From Eledone cirrhosa (taxonomy: Eukaryota): a DNA stretch of 64,000 nt. Positions 10,801 through 24,045 of the stretch are shown piece by piece (within the stretch, counting starts at the first letter, position 1; the number at the start of each line of letters is the position of its first letter). A model generated the notes under the pieces. It had not been told where the DNA came from, did not search any database, and saw nothing but the letters and a program-made list of their open reading frames with translations. Location of the stretch: the NCBI GenBank assembly GCA_964016885.1, contig OZ024741.1, forward strand, positions 247,380,001-247,444,000, read 5' to 3'. A program made the position numbers and the translations under genes.

Positions 10801-13800
10801 TTATCTACACCTGATTTTTTTTACAAATTATCTCCCCCTGATTTTTTTTTACAAATTATCTCCCTCTGATTTTTTTTTACAAATTATCTCCCCCTGATTT
10901 TTTTTTTACAAATTATCTCCCCCTGATTTTTTTACAAATTATCTCCCCCTGATTTTTTTTACAATCTCCGCCTGATTTTTTTAAAAATTATCTTCCCTTG
11001 GCTGGCGGGAAATTATCTCCCCTTGGACGGCTGGAAATTATCTCCCCTTGGAAGGATGGAAATTATCTCCCCTTGGACGGCTGGAAATTATCTCCCCTTG
11101 CACGGCTGGAAATTATCTCCCCTTGGCTGGAAATTATCTCCCCTTGGACGGCTAGAAATTATCTCTCTTTGGACGGCTGGAAATTATCTCCCTTTGATTT
11201 TTTTTACAAATTATCTCCCTCTGATTTTTTTTACAAATCTCCCCCTGATTTTTTTAAAAAAATTATCTCCCCTTCGCTGGCTGGAAATTATCTCCCCTTG
11301 GACACTGGAAATTATAGCCCCTTGGAGGGCTGGAAATTATCTTCTCTTGGACGGCTGGAAATTATCTCCCCTTGATTTTTTTTACAAATTATCTCCGCCT
11401 GATTTTTTTTTTAAATTATCTCTCCTTGGACGGCTGGAAATTATCTCCCCTTGATTTTTTTTACAAATTATCTCCCCCTGATTTTTTTTACAAATTATCT
11501 CCCCCTGATTTTTTTTTACAACTTATCTGCGCCTGATTTTTTTTTAAAAATTATCTCCCCTTGGACGGCTGGAAATTATCTCCCCTTGGACGGCTGGAAA
11601 TTATCTCTCCTTGGACGGCTAGAATTTACCTCTCCTTGGACGGCTGAAAATTATCTCCCCTTGGACGGCTGGAAATTACCTCCCCTTGATTTTTTTTACA
11701 AATTATCTCCCCCTGATTTTTTTTTACAAATTATCTCCCCCTGATTTTTGTTTACAAATTATCTCCCCTTGGACGGCTGGAAATTATCTCCCCTTGGACG
11801 GCTAGAAATTACCTCTCCTTGGACGGCTGAAAATTATCTCCCCTTGGACGGCTGGAAATTATCTCCCCTTGATTTTTTTACAAATTATCTCCCCCTGATT
11901 TTTTTTTTACAAATTATCTCACCCTGATTTTTTTTACAAATTATCTACCCCTGATTTTTTTTCACAAATTATCTCCCCCTGATTTTTTTTACAAATTATC
12001 TCCCCCTGATTTTTTTTTTACAAATTATCTCCCCCTGATTTTTTTTACAAATTATCTCCGCCTGATTTTTTTAAATATTATCTCTCCTTGGCTGGCGGGA
12101 AATTATCTTCCCTTGGACGGCTGGAAATTATCTCCCCTTGGAAGGATGGAAATTATCTCCCCTTGGACGGCTGGAAATTATCTACCCCTGATTTTTTTTA
12201 CAAATTATCTCCCCCTGATTTATTTTACAAATTATCTCCCCCTGATTTTTTTTTTAAAAATTATCTCCCCCTGATTTTTTTACAAATTATCTCCCCCTGA
12301 TTTTTTTTACAAATTATCTCCGCCTGATTTTTTTAAATATTATCTTACCTTGGCTGGCGGGAAATTATCTCCCCTTGGACGGCTGAAAATTATCTCCCCT
12401 TGGACGGCTGGAAATTATCTCCCCTTGATTTTTTTTACAAATTATCTCCCCCTGATTTTTTTTTACAAATTATCTCCGCCTGATTTTTAAAAAAAAATTA
12501 TCTCCCCTTCGCTGGCTGGAAATTATCTCCCCTTGGACGCTGGAAATTATAGCCCCTTGGAGGGCTGGAAATTATCTTCCCTTGGACGGCTGGAAATTAT
12601 CTCCCCTTGATTTTTTTTACAAATTATCTCCCCCTGATTTTTTTTTACAAATTATCTCCCCCTGATTTTTTTTTACAAATTATCTCCCCCTGATTTTTTT
12701 TTTACAAATTATCTCCGCCTGATTTTTTTAAAAAAATTATCTCCCCTTGGACGGCTGGAAATTATCTCCCTTTGGACGGCTGGAAATTATCTCCCCTTGG
12801 ACGGCTAGAAATTATCTCTCCTTGGACGGCTGAAAATTATCTCCCCTTGGACGGCTGCAAATTATCTCCCCTTGATTTTTTTTACAAATTATCTCCCCCT
12901 GATTTTTTTTACAAATTATCTCCCCCTGATTTTTTTTACAAATTATCTACCCCTGATTTTTTTTACAAATTATCTCCCCCTGATTTTTTTTTACAAATTA
13001 TCTCCCTCTGATTTTTTTTTACAAATTATCGCCCCCTGATTTTTTTTTTACAAATTATCTCCCCCTGATTTTTTTACAAATTATCTCCCCCTGATTTTTT
13101 TTACAATCTGCGCCTGATTTTTTTAAAAATTATCTTCCCTTGGCTGGCGGGAAATTATCTCCCCTTGGACGGCTGGAAATTATCTCCCCTTGGAAGGATG
13201 GAAATTATCTCCCCTTGGACGGCTGGAAATTATCTCCCTTTGATTTTTTTTACAAATTATCTCCCTCTGATTTTTTTTACAAATCTCCCCCTGATTTTTT
13301 AAAAAAAATTATCTCCCCTTCGCTGGCTGGAAATTATCTCCCCTTGGACACTGGAAATTATAGCCCCTTGGAGGGCTGGAAATTATCTTCTCTTGGACGG
13401 CTGGAAATTATCTCCCCTTGATTTTTTTTACAAATTATCTCCGCCTGATTTTTTTTTTAAATTATCTCTCCTTGGACGGCTGGAAATTATCTCCCCTTGA
13501 TTTTTTAAAAAATTATCTCCCCTTGGAAGGCTGGAAATTATCTCCCCTTGGCTAGAAATTATCTCCCCTTGGACGGCTAGAAATTATCTCTCTTTGGACG
13601 GCTGGAAATTATCACCCCTTGAGTTTTTTTACAAATTATCTCCCCCTGATTTTTTTTACAAATCTCCCAGTGATTTTTTAAAAAAAATTATCTCCCCTTC
13701 GCTGGCTGGAAATTATCTCCCCTTGGACGCTGGAAATTATAGCCCCTTGGAGGGCTGGAAATTATCTTCCCTTGAACGGCTGGAAATTATCTCCCCTTGA

Positions 13801-16800
13801 TTTTTTTTACAAATTATCTCCCCCTGATTTTTTTTACAAATTATCTCCCCCTGATTTTTTTTTACAACTTATCTGCGCCTGATTTTTTTTAAAAAATTAT
13901 CTCCCCTTGGACGGCTGGAAATTATCTCCCCTTGGACGGCTGGAAATTATCTCTCCTTGGACGGCTAGAATTTACCTCTCCTTGGACGGCTGAAAATTAT
14001 CTCCCCTTGGACGGCTGGAAATTACCTCCCCTTGATTTTTTTTACAAATTATCTCCCCCTGATTTTTTTTTACAAATTATCTCCCCCTGATTTTTTTTTA
14101 CAAATTATCTCCCCCTGATTTTTTTTTACAAATTATCTCCCCCTGATTTAAAAAAAAAAATTATCTCCCCTTCGCTGGCTGGAAATTATCTCCCCTTGGA
14201 CGCTGGAAATTATAGCCCCTTGGAGGGCTGGAAATTATCTTCCCTTGGACGGCTGGAAATTATCTCCCCTTGATTTTTTTTTACAAATTATCTCCCCCTG
14301 ATTTTTTTTTACAAATTATCTCCCCCTGATTTTTTTTTACAAATTATCTCCCCCTGATTTTTTTTTTACAAATTATCTCCGCCTGATTTTTTTTTTAAAA
14401 TTATCTCCCCTTGGACGGCTGGAAATTATCTCCCCTTGGACGGCTGGAAATTATCTCCCCTTGGACGGCTAGAAATTATCTCTCCTAGGACGGCTGAAAA
14501 TTATCTCCCCTTGGACGGCTGCAAATTATCTCCCCTTGATTTTTTTTACAAATTATCTCCCCCTGATTTTTTTTACAAATTATCTCCCCCTGATTTTTTT
14601 TACAAATTATCTACCCCTGATTTTTTTTACAAATTATCTCCCCCTGATTTTTTTTTACAAATTATCTCCCTCTGATTTTTTTTTACAAATTATCTCCCCC
14701 TGATTTTTTTTTACAAATTATCTCCCCCTGATTTTTTTACAAATTATCTCCCCCTGATTTTTTTTACAATCTCCGCCTGATTTTTTTAAAAATTATCTTC
14801 CCTTGGCTGGCGGGAAATTATCTCCCCTTGGACGGCTGGAAATTATCTCCCCTTGGAAGGATGGAAATTATCTCCCCTTGGACGGCTGGAAATTATCTCC
14901 CCTTGCACGGCTGGAAATTATCTCCCCTTGGCTGGAAATTATCTCCCCTTGGACGGCTAGAAATTATCTCTCTTTGGACGGCTGGAAATTATCTCCCTTT
15001 GATTTTTTTTACAAATTATCTCCCTCTGATTTTTTTTACAAATCTCCCCCTGATTTTTTAAAAAAAATTATCTCCCCTTCGCTGGCTGGAAATTATCTCC
15101 CCTTGGACACTGGAAATTATAGCCCCTTGGAGGGCTGGAAATTATCTTCTCTTGGACGGCTGGAAATTATCTCCCCTTGATTTTTTTTACAAATTATCTC
15201 CGCCTGATTTTTTTTTAAAATTATCTCTCCTTGGACGGCTGGAAATTATCTCCCCTTGATTTTTTTTACAAATTATCTCCCCCTGATTTTTTTTACAAAT
15301 TATCTCCCACTGATTTTTTTTTACAAATTATCTACCCCTGATTTTTTTTTCACAAATTATCTCCCCCTGATTTTTTTCACAAATTATCTCACCCTGATTT
15401 TTCTTTTACAAATTATCTCCCCCTGATTTTTTTACAAATTATCTCCCCCTGATTTTTTTTACAAATTATCTCCGCCTGATTTTTTTAAATATTATCTTTC
15501 CTTGGCTGGCGGGAAATTATCTCCCCTTGGACGGCTGGAAATTATCTGCCCTTGATTTTCTTTTTACAAAATATCTTCCACTGATTTTTTTTACAAATTA
15601 TCTCCACCTGATTTTTTTAAAAATTATCTCCCCTTGGAAGGCTGGAAATTATCTCCCCTTGGCTGGAAATTATCTCCCCTTGGAAGGCTAGAAATTATCT
15701 CTCTTTGGACGGCTGGAAATTATCACCCCTTGAGTTTTTTTACAAATTATCTCCCCCTGATTTTTTTTACAAATCTCCCAGTGATATTTAAAAAAAAATT
15801 ATCTCCCCTTCGCTGGCTGGAAATTATCTCCCCTTGGACGGCTGGAAATTATCTCCCCTTGATTTTTTTTACAAATTATCTCCCCCTGATTTTTTTTACA
15901 AATTATCTCCCCCTGATTTTTTTGACAACTTATCTGCGCCTGATTTTTTTTAAAAAATTATCTCCCCTTGGACGGCTGGAAATTATCTCCCCTTGGACGG
16001 CTGGAAATTATCTCTCCTTGGACGGCTAGAATTTACCTCTCCTTGGACGGCTGAAAATTATCTCCCCTTGGACGGCTGGAAATTACCTCCCCTTGATTTT
16101 TTTACAAATTATCTCCCCCTGATTTTTTCTTACAAATTATCTCCCCCTGATTTTTGTTTACAAATTATCTCCCCTTGGACGGCTGGAAATTATCTCCCCT
16201 TGGACGGCTAGAAATTACCTCTCCTTGGACGGCTGAAAATTATCTCCCCTTGGACGGCTGGAAATTATCTCCCCTTGATTTTTTTACAAATTATCTCCCC
16301 CTGATTTTTTTTTTACAAATTATCTCACCCTGATTTTTTTTACAAATTATCTACCCCTGATTTTTTTTTACAAATTATCTCCCCCTGATTTTTTTTACAA
16401 ATTATCTCCCCCTGATTTTTTTTTTACAAATTATCTCCCCCTGATTTTTTTACAAATTATCTCCCCCTGATTTTTTTTACAAATTATCTCCGCCTGATTT
16501 TTTTAAATATTATCTCTCCTTGGCTGGCGGGAAATTATCTCCCCTTGGACGGCTGGAAATTATCTCCCCTTGGAAGGATGGAAATTATCTCCCCTTGGAC
16601 GGCTGTAAATTATCTACCCCTGATTTTTTTTACAAATTATCTCCCCCTGATTTATTTTACAAATTATCTCCCCCTGATTTTTTTTTTAAAAATTATCTCC
16701 CCCTGATTTTTTTACAAATTATCTCCCCCTGATTTTTTTTACAAATTATCTCCGCCTGATTTTTTTAAATATTATCTTACCTTGGCTGGCGGGAAATTAT

Positions 16801-19250
16801 CTCCCCTTGGACGGCTGAAAATTATCTCCCCTTGGACGGCTGGAAATTATCTCCCCCTGATTTTTTTTACAAATTATCTCCCCCTGATTTTTTTTTTACA
16901 AATTATCTCCGCCTGATTTTTTTTAAAAAATTATCTCCCCTTGGACGGCTGGAAATTATCTCCCCTTGGACGGCTGGAAATTATCTCCCCTTGGACGGCT
17001 AGAAATTATCTCTCCTTGGACGGCTGAAAATTATCTCCCCTTGGACGGCTGCAAATTATCTCCCCTTGATTTTTTTTACAAATTATCTCCCCCTGATTTT
17101 TTTTACAAATTATCTCCCCCTTATTTTTTTTACAAATTATCTACCCCTGATTTTTTTTACAAATTATCTCCCCCTGATTTTTTTTTACAAATTATCTCCC
17201 TCTGATTTTTTTTTACAAATTATCTCCCCCTGATTTTTTTTTTACAAATTATCTCCCCCTGATTTTTTTACAAATTATCTCCCCCTGATTTTTTTTACAA
17301 TCTCCGCCTGATTTTTTTAAAAATTATCTTCCCTTGGCTGGCGGGAAATTATCTCCCCTTGGACGGCTGGAAATTATCTCCCCTTGGAAGGATGGAAATT
17401 ATCTCCCCTTGGACGGCTGGAAATTATCTCCCCTTGCACGGCTGGAAATTATCTCCCCTTGGCTGGAAATTATCTCCCCTTGGACGGCTAGAAATTATCT
17501 CTCTTTGGACGGCTGGAAATTATCTCCCTTTGATTTTTTTAACAAATTATCTCCCTCTGATTTTTTTTACAAATCTCCCCCTGATTTTTTTTAAAAAATT
17601 ATCTCCCCTTCGCTGGCTGGAAATTATCTCCCCTTGGACACTGGAAATTATAGCCCCTTGGAGGGCTGGAAATTATCTTCTCTTGGACGGCTGGAAATTA
17701 TCTCCCCTTGATTTTTTTTACAAATTATCTCCGCCTGATTTTTTTTTTAAATTATCTCTCCTTGGACGGCTGGAGATTATCTCCCCTTGATTTTTTTTAC
17801 AAATTATCTCCCCCTGATTTTTTTTACAAATTATCTCCCCCTGATTTTTTTTTACAACTTATCTGCGCCTGATTTTTTTTAAAAAATTATCTCCCCTTGG
17901 ACGGCTGGAAATTATCTCCCCTTGGACGGCTGGAAATTATCTCTCCTTGGACGGCTAGAATTTACCTCTCCTTGGACGGCTGAAAATTATCTCCCCTTGG
18001 ACGGCTGGAAATTACCTCTCCTTGATTTTTCTTATAAATTATCTGCCCCTGATTTTTTTTTACAAATTATCTCCCCCTGATTTTTGTTTACAAATTATCT
18101 CCCCTTGGACGGCTGGAAATTATCTCCCCTTGGACGGCTAGAAATTACCTCTCCTTGGACGGCTGAAAATTATCTCCCCTTGGACGGCTGGAAATTATCT
18201 CCCCTTGATTTTTTTACAAATTATCTCCCCCTGATTTTTTTTTTACAAATTATCTCCCCCTGATTTTTTTTACAATTTATCTCCGCCTGATTTTTTTAAA
18301 TATTATCTCTCCTTGGCTGGCGGGAAATTATCTTCCCTTGGACGGCTGGAAATTATCTCCCCTTGGAAGGATGGAAATTATCTCCCCTTGGACGGCTGGA
18401 AATTATCTACCCCTGATTTTTTTTACAAATTATCTCCCCCTGATTTATTTTACAAATTATCTCCCCCTGATTTTTTTTTTAAAAATTATCTCCCCCTGAT
18501 TTTTTTACAAATTATCTCCCCCTGATTTTTTTTACAAATTATCTCCGCCTGATTTTTTTAAATATTATCTTACCTTGGCTGGCGGGAAATTATCTCCCCT
18601 TGGACGGCTGAAAATTATCTCCCCTTGGACGGCTGGAAATTATCTCCCCTTGATTTTTTTTACAAATTATCTCCCCCTGATTTTTTTTTACAAATTATCT
18701 CCGCCTGATTTTTAAAAAAAAATTATCTCCCCTTCGCTGGCTGGAAATTATCTCCCCTTGGACGCTGGAAATTATAGCCCCTTGGAGGGCTGGAAATTAT
18801 CTTCCCTTGGACGGCTGGAAATTATCTCCCCTTGATTTTTTTTACAAATTATCTCCCCCTGATTTTTTTTTACAAATTATCTCCCCCTGATTTTTTTTTA
18901 CAAATTATCTCCCCCTGATTTTTTTTTTACAAATTATCTCCGCCTGATTTTTTTAAAAAAATTATCTCCCCTTGGACGGCTGGAAATTATCTCCCTTTGG
19001 ACGGCTGGAAATTATCTCCCCTTGGACGGCTAGAAATTATCTCTCCTTGGACGGCTGAAAATTATCTCCCCTTGGACGGCTGCAAATTATCTCCCCTTGA
19101 TTTTTTTTACAAATTATCTCCCCCTGATTTTTTTTACAAATTATCTCCCCCTGATTTTTTTTACAAATTATCTACCCCTGATTTTTTTTACAAATTATCT
19201 CCCCCTGATTTTTTTTTACAAATTATCTCCCTCTGATTTTTTTTTACAAA
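7830..19250 (+). repeat. Continuation of a ~6.2-6.3-kb periodicity (about 7830-13000 vs 14100-19250) with monomer-sized indels
   Basis: Offsets are 8161/14436 and 8528/14803 = 6275; 9766/15993 and 10293/16520 = 6227; 10998/17334 = 6336; 12088/18313 and 12772/18997 = 6225. The variant TCTCCTAGGACGG occurs at 1878, 8209 and 14484. Confidence 0.82.
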
Positions 19251-22200
19251 TTATCTCCCCCTGATTTTTTTTTTACAAATTATCTCCCCCTGATTTTTTT
19301 AAAAATTATCTTCCCTTGGCTGGCGGGAAATTATCTCCCCTTGGACGGCTGGAAATTACCTCCCCTTGGAAGGATGGAAATTATCTCCCCTTGGACGGCT
19401 GGAAATTATCTCCCTTTGATTTTTTTTACAAATTATCTCCCTCTGATTTTTTTTACAAATCTCCCCCTGATTTTTTTTAAAAAATTATCTCCCCTTCGCT
19501 GGCTGGAAATTATCTCCCCTTGGACACTGGAAATTATAGCCCCTTGGAGGGCTGGAAATTATCTTCTCTTGGACGGCTGGAAATTATCTCCCCTTGATTT
19601 TTTTTACAAATTATCTCCGCCTGATTTTTTTTTTAAATTATCTCTCCTTGGACGGCTGGAAATTATCTCCCCTTGATTTTTTTTACAAATTATCTCCCCC
19701 TGATTTTTTTTACAAATTATCTCCCACTGATTTTTTTTTACAAATTATCTACCCCTGATTTTTTTTTCACAAATTATCTCCCCCTGATTTTTTTTACAAA
19801 TTATCTCACCCTGATTTTTCTTTTACAAATTATCTCCCCCTGATTTTTTTACAAATTATCTCCCCCTGATTTTTTTTACAAATTATCTCCGCCTGATTTT
19901 TTTAAATATTATCTTTCCTTGGCTGGCGGGAAATTATCTCCCCTTGGACGGCTGGAAATTATCTGCCCTTGATTTTCTTTTTACAAAATATCTTCCACTG
20001 ATTTTTTTTACAAATTATCTCCACCTGATTTTTTTAAAAATTATCTCCCCTTGGAAGGCTGGAAATTATCTCCCCTTGGCTGGAAATTATCTCCCCTTGG
20101 AAGGCTAGAAATTATCTCTCTTTGGACGGCTGGAAATTATCACCCCTTGAGTTTTTTTACAAATTATCTCCCCCTGATTTTTTTTACAAATCTCCCAGTG
20201 ATATTTAAAAAAAAATTATCTCCCCTTCGCTGGCTGGAAATTATCTCCCCTTGGACGGCTGGAAATTATCTCCCCTTGATTTTTTTTACAAATTATCTCC
20301 CCCTGATTTTTTTTACAAATTATCTCCCCCTGATTTTTTTGACAACTTATCTGCGCCTGATTTTTTTTAAAAAATTATCTCCCCTTGGACGGCTGGAAAT
20401 TATCTCCCCTTGGACGGCTGGAAATTATCTCTCCTTGGACGGCTAGAATTTACCTCTCCTTGGACGGCTGAAAATTATCTCCCCTTGGACGGCTGGAAAT
20501 TACCTCCCCTTGATTTTTTTACAAATTATCTCCCCCTGATTTTTTCTTACAAATTATCTCCCCCTGATTTTTGTTTACAAATTATCTCCCCTTGGACGGC
20601 TGGAAATTATCTCCCCTTGGACGGCTAGAAATTACCTCTCCTTGGACGGCTGAAAATTATCTCCCCTTGGACGGCTGGAAATTATCTCCCCTTGATTTTT
20701 TTACAAATTATCTCCCCCTGATTTTTTTTTTACAAATTATCTCACCCTGATTTTTTTTACAAATTATCTACCCCTGATTTTTTTTTACAAATTATCTCCC
20801 CCTGATTTTTTTTACAAATTATCTCCCCCTGATTTTTTTTTTACAAATTATCTCCCCCTGATTTTTTTACAAATTATCTCCCCCTGATTTTTTTTACAAA
20901 TTATCTCCGCCTGATTTTTTTAAATATTATCTCTCCTTGGCTGGCGGGAAATTATCTCCCCTTGGACGGCTGGAAATTATCTCCCCTTGGAAGGATGGAA
21001 ATTATCTCCCCTTGGACGGCTGTAAATTATCTACCCCTGATTTTTTTTACAAATTATCTCCCCCTGATTTATTTTACAAATTATCTCCCCCTGATTTTTT
21101 TTTTAAAAATTATCTCCCCCTGATTTTTTTACAAATTATCTCCCCCTGATTTTTTTTACAAATTATCTCCGCCTGATTTTTTTAAATATTATCTTACCTT
21201 GGCTGGCGGGAAATTATCTCCCCTTGGACGGCTGAAAATTATCTCCCCTTGGACGGCTGGAAATTATCTCCCCCTGATTTTTTTTACAAATTATCTCCCC
21301 CTGATTTTTTTTTTACAAATTATCTCCGCCTGATTTTTTTTAAAAAATTATCTCCCCTTGGACGGCTGGAAATTATCTCCCCTTGGACGGCTGGAAATTA
21401 TCTCCCCTTGGACGGCTAGAAATTATCTCTCCTTGGACGGCTGAAAATTATCTCCCCTTGGACGGCTGCAAATTATCTCCCCTTGATTTTTTTTACAAAT
21501 TATCTCCCCCTGATTTTTTTTACAAATTATCTCCCCCTTATTTTTTTTACAAATTATCTACCCCTGATTTTTTTTACAAATTATCTCCCCCTGATTTTTT
21601 TTTACAAATTATCTCCCTCTGATTTTTTTTTACAAATTATCTCCCCCTGATTTTTTTTTTACAAATTATCTCCCCCTGATTTTTTTACAAATTATCTCCC
21701 CCTGATTTTTTTTACAATCTCCGCCTGATTTTTTTAAAAATTATCTTCCCTTGGCTGGCGGGAAATTATCTCCCCTTGGACGGCTGGAAATTATCTCCCC
21801 TTGGAAGGATGGAAATTATCTCCCCTTGGACGGCTGGAAATTATCTCCCCTTGCACGGCTGGAAATTATCTCCCCTTGGCTGGAAATTATCTCCCCTTGG
21901 ACGGCTAGAAATTATCTCTCTTTGGACGGCTGGAAATTATCTCCCTTTGATTTTTTTTACAAATTATCTCCCTCTGATTTTTTTTACAAATCTCCCCCTG
22001 ATTTTTTTTAAAAAATTATCTCCCCTTCGCTGGCTGGAAATTATCTCCCCTTGGACACTGGAAATTATAGCCCCTTGGAGGGCTGGAAATTATCTTCTCT
22101 TGGACGGCTGGAAATTATCTCCCCTTGATTTTTTTTACAAATTATCTCCGCCTGATTTTTTTTTTAAATTATCTCTCCTTGGACGGCTGGAGATTATCTC

Positions 22201-24045
22201 CCCTTGATTTTTTTTACAAATTATCTCCCCCTGATTTTTTTTACAAATTATCTCCCCCTGATTTTTTTTTACAACTTATCTGCGCCTGATTTTTTTTAAA
22301 AAATTATCTCCCCTTGGACGGCTGGAAATTATCTCCCCTTGGACGGCTGGAAATTATCTCCCCTTGGACGGCTGGAAATTACCTCTCCTTGATTTTTCTT
22401 ATAAATTATCTGCCCCTGATTTTTTTTTACAAATTATCTCCCCCTGATTTTTGTTTACAAATTATCTCCCCTTGGACGGCTGGAAATTATCTCCCCTTGG
22501 ACGGCTAGAAATTACCTCTCCTTGGACGGCTGAAAATTATCTCCCCTTGGACGGCTGGAAATTATCTCCCCTTGATTTTTTTACAAATTATCTCCCCCTG
22601 ATTTTTTTTTTACAAATTATCTCCCCCTGATTTTTTTTACAAATTATCTCCGCCTGATTTTTTTAAATATTATCTCTCCTTGGCTGGCGGGAAATTATCT
22701 TCCCTTGGACGGCTGGAAATTATCTCCCCTTGGAAGGATGGAAATTATCTCCCCTTGGACGGCTGGAAATTATCTACCCCTGATTTTTTTTACAAATTAT
22801 CTCCCCCTGATTTATTTTACAAATTATCTCCCCCTGATTTTTTTTTTAAAAATTATCTCCCCCTGATTTTTTTACAAATTATCTCCCCCTGATTTTTTTT
22901 ACAAATTATCTCCGCCTGATTTTTTTAAATATTATCTTACCTTGGCTGGCGGGAAATTATCTCCCCTTGGACGGCTGAAAATTATCTCCCCTTGGACGGC
23001 TGGAAATTATCTCCCCTTGATTTTTTTTACAAATTATCTCCCCCTGATTTTTTTTTACAAATTATCTCCGCCTGATTTTTAAAAAAAAATTATCTCCCCT
23101 TCGCTGGCTGGAAATTATCTCCCCTTGGACGCTGGAAATTATAGCCCCTTGGAGGGCTGGAAATTATCTTCCCTTGGACGGCTGGAAATTATCTCCCCTT
23201 GATTTTTTTTACAAATTATCTCCCCCTGATTTTTTTTTACAAATTATCTCCCCCTGATTTTTTTTTACAAATTATCTCCCCCTGATTTTTTTTTTACAAA
23301 TTATCTCCGCCTGATTTTTTTAAAAAAATTATCTCCCCTTGGACGGCTGGAAATTATCTCCCTTTGGACGGCTGGAAATTATCTCCCCTTGGACGGCTAG
23401 AAATTATCTCTCCTTGGACGGCTGAAAATTATCTCCCCTTGGACGGCTGCAAATTATCTCCCCTTGATTTTTTTTACAAATTATCTCCCCCTGATTTTTT
23501 TTACAAATTATCTCCCCCTGATTTTTTTTACAAATTATCTACCCCTGATTTTTTTTACAAATTATCTCCCCCTGATTTTTTTTTACAAATTATCTCCCTC
23601 TGATTTTTTTTTACAAATTATCTCCCCCTGATTTTTTTTTTACAAATTATCTCCCCCTGATTTTTTTAAAAATTATCTTCCCTTGGCTGGCGGGAAATTA
23701 TCTCCCCTTGGACGGCTGGAAATTACCTCCCCTTGGAAGGATGGAAATTATCTCCCCTTGGACGGCTGGAAATTATCTCCCTTTGATTTTTTTTACAAAT
23801 TATCTCCCTCTGATTTTTTTTACAAATCTCCCCCTGATTTTTTTAAAAAAATTATCTCCCCTTCGCTGGCTGGAAATTATCTCCCCTTGGACACTGGAAA
23901 TTATAGCCCCTTGGAGGGCTGGAAATTATCTTCTCTTGGACGGCTGGAAATTATCTCCCCTTGATTTTTTTTACAAATTATCTCCGCCTGATTTTTTTTT
24001 TTAAATTATCTCTCCTTGGACGGCTGGAAATTATCTCCCCTTGAT
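14980..24045 (+). repeat. Tandem duplication with 4417/4367-bp period (about 14980-19680 vs 19400-24045)
   Basis: Pairs 15634/20051, 15993/20410, 16520/20937, 16966/21383 and 17334/21751 differ by 4417. Pairs 18313/22680, 18997/23364 and 19341/23708 differ by 4367. Shared private variants are GGAGATTATC (17772/22189), GGCTGTAAATTATCTAC (16601/21018) and TTTTTCTTATAAATTATCTGCCC. Confidence 0.93.
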
